Below the pieces are notes generated by a model. It saw nothing but the letters and a program-made list of their open reading frames with translations, ran no database searches and was not told the DNA's origin. DNA of 64,000 bases from Tricharina praecox. Taxonomy: Eukaryota. Of this stretch, positions 62,398 to 64,000 are shown piece after piece. Location: contig NW_026250426.1 in the NCBI RefSeq assembly GCF_024521635.1, positions 434,001 to 498,000 of the forward strand, written 5' to 3'. The translations under genes and the position numbers were made by a program. Position 1 is the first letter of the stretch, and each line of letters opens with the position of its first letter.

Positions 62398-63150
62398 AGA
62401 GACAGGAGACGGGGCGGGATGGAATGGAATACCACGGCCAGCGCCAGGCGTTCGCAATATACACACTGCTTCCGATCTCCTTCCGATCTCCTTCCAGCAC
62501 TGGGCCTGGGATGGTTCCCTTCCTTCCTGCGGGCTTGCTGGGAGTACCTACCTACAGGCTACATACATAGTGGTCACACGGGGGTAGCAGTACATACGAG
62601 CGAGTCGATCTTAGCAGAGACGCCCATATCTTGGTGGGCATGTGGGTGAGAGATGTGATGTTCTCGGTAGCGGTTATGAGAGTCACTCGGTTATTGGACT
62701 CTGGACCTTTCGAGCCCAGCAGCAGGGCGATTAAGGCATCGGCCAAATCACGGAGCTTAAATCCATCCAATCTAGGTATACGATCATTGACTAGCTACGG
62801 CAATGTTCACGGGTACTTACCTATCCTCGAGTCCAATGTAGGTTCATACCAGTATTTCACAAGTCTCGAATTACAATACTTGCGGGAGATACAAAGCAAG
62901 GTGTCTGTCTAGTAATAGGTTCTTAATATACACACCTACTCCACGCAGCTCGTCGGTTCATTAACGCACTCACTTCTGTCACACAGTCTTCAACACAAGG
63001 AGTCCACCATCTTCACTCAAGACTCAGTATCAATCAAGGCCCCTTCTCTACCGAAGGAAATACCCTCAACATTAGGAACAGTCCGCCGCTCCCATCTCAA
63101 TCAATGTCCAGAAGTACAGACAAGTAAGGATGCCCAACAAAGAAAAGAAG

Positions 63151-63300
63151 AAAAAACATCGAAAGAGATACACGTCATGTAGAAAACCAGGTGAAAATCA
63201 GAAAAACATCAACAAAGATACACGCCATGAAGAAAACCAGGTGAAAATCAGAAAAACATCAACAAAGATACACGCCATGAAGAAAACCGGGTGAAAATCA
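63151..63300. repeat. 50-bp tandem repeat, 3 copies
   Basis: Units at 63151, 63201 and 63251, consensus GAAAAACATCAACAAAGATACACGCCATGAAGAAAACCAGGTGAAAATCA. Copies 2 and 3 differ at one base; copy 1 is more diverged. Confidence 0.95.
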
Positions 63301-63410
63301 AACAAAAAAATCCGCTACTGCGGTATCCTACTCGTCTCTAACAAAAAATGAAGAAAAAAAAAAGCCCCATTTTGAAAACACCGAAACTCCCGTCAACGCA
63401 ACCAACCAGT

Positions 63411-64000
63411 CTAGTCAAGTCTCTCCTTCTTGATGGTGACTCCCAACCCCCCCTCGCCATCATCCGGGCGGACGCGTTTCAGGCCCTCACTGCGGACGGC
63501 CTGAAAACGGGAGCTGAACTGGTTCGCAGGTACAAAACCGTTCTGGCTTCCAAAGTAGGTTACCGGCCGAGAATGGCCCTGTGCAAGGAAACTTCTCGTC
63601 TCCTGCGGTTGTTGATGCAACTGTCTCTGGAGAAGTCGCTCGTCTTTATGCGGCTGTTGCTGCTGCGGTTGCTGCTGTGGTTGCTGCTGTGGTTGCTGCT
63701 GCTGTTGCTGCTGCAACTGTCTGCGAAGTTGCTCGCCTTCATGCTGTTGCTTCTGCTGCTTATAATGGGAGGAGCGTTTCCGGGCGTTTGGAGGTGGGGG
63801 AGCGGTAATCAAGACCGAGGTGTTCTTGGTTTGATTCTTGTTGGCAGGTCTACCGGTGTGGAGAGGGGCGGTCGGGGTCTTTCCGGTGGCATCAATAGAC
63901 GATATATTCGCGCCGGCGACGGGAGGCGCAGCGGCAAAGCTCATGGCTCCTTCCGCGGCCGAACCGAAGATATGGTTGGGACCATTGGGTACCACAGCTC
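63411..64000 (-). CDS. C-terminal part of an unidentified protein with poly-Q/QPQQ tract; 5' end probably beyond the window
   Basis: Frame is open from the window edge to TAG at 63411. Poly-Q tract, basic ends KRVRP and KKERLD, followed by a T-rich 3'UTR-like trailer on the minus strand. Confidence 0.7.
   Translation of the reverse strand, partial: AVVPNGPNHIFGSAAEGAMSFAAAPPVAGANISSIDATGKTPTAPLHTGRPANKNQTKNTSVLITAPPPPNARKRSSHYKQQKQQHEGEQLRRQLQQQQQQQPQQQPQQQPQQQQPHKDERLLQRQLHQQPQETRSFLAQGHSRPVTYFGSQNGFVPANQFSSRFQAVRSEGLKRVRPDDGEGGLGVTIKKERLD

Noticed and set aside
1..64000. tRNA, snRNA, CRISPR array, intact transposon, TGA-CTA readthrough PTS1
   Set aside because: A by-eye scan found no cloverleaf or T-loop, snRNA signature, spacer array, transposase/RT/LTR/TIR, or readthrough context at the stops I checked. 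tRNAscan-SE, Infernal and RepeatMasker would be needed to confirm.

Overview
Intron-rich genomic DNA from a filamentous ascomycete. Protein style and intron signals suggest Pezizomycotina, possibly Pezizomycetes; this is inference only. It is mostly a housekeeping neighbourhood. I spliced gene models by hand for: an Svl3/Pam1/Mug72-like ketopantoate-reductase-fold protein, a small mitochondrial membrane protein, an uncharacterised 555-aa protein, short/branched-chain acyl-CoA dehydrogenase, LCB3, RPS30, MDV1, MRPS5, a Clr2-like silencing protein, an F-box-like/ankyrin-like protein, RPL14, CHS5, the tetraspanin PLS1, malate synthase, CBP4, a CHS4/SKT5-type SEL1 protein, MCM1 and a Q-rich gene cut by the window end. 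The gene-poor gaps hold an apparently frameshifted H-type lectin gene, a possible eroded WD40 gene, several orphan intron-like signals and many microsatellites. I found no tRNA, rRNA, CRISPR array or intact mobile element, and no clearly novel multi-gene system. The best leads are: two adjacent ATGs reading a minisatellite in front of the Clr2-like gene, a probable pseudo-enzyme with a long disordered tail, the lectin and WD40 relics, and relaxed splice signals (4 AAG acceptors among about 40 coding introns).
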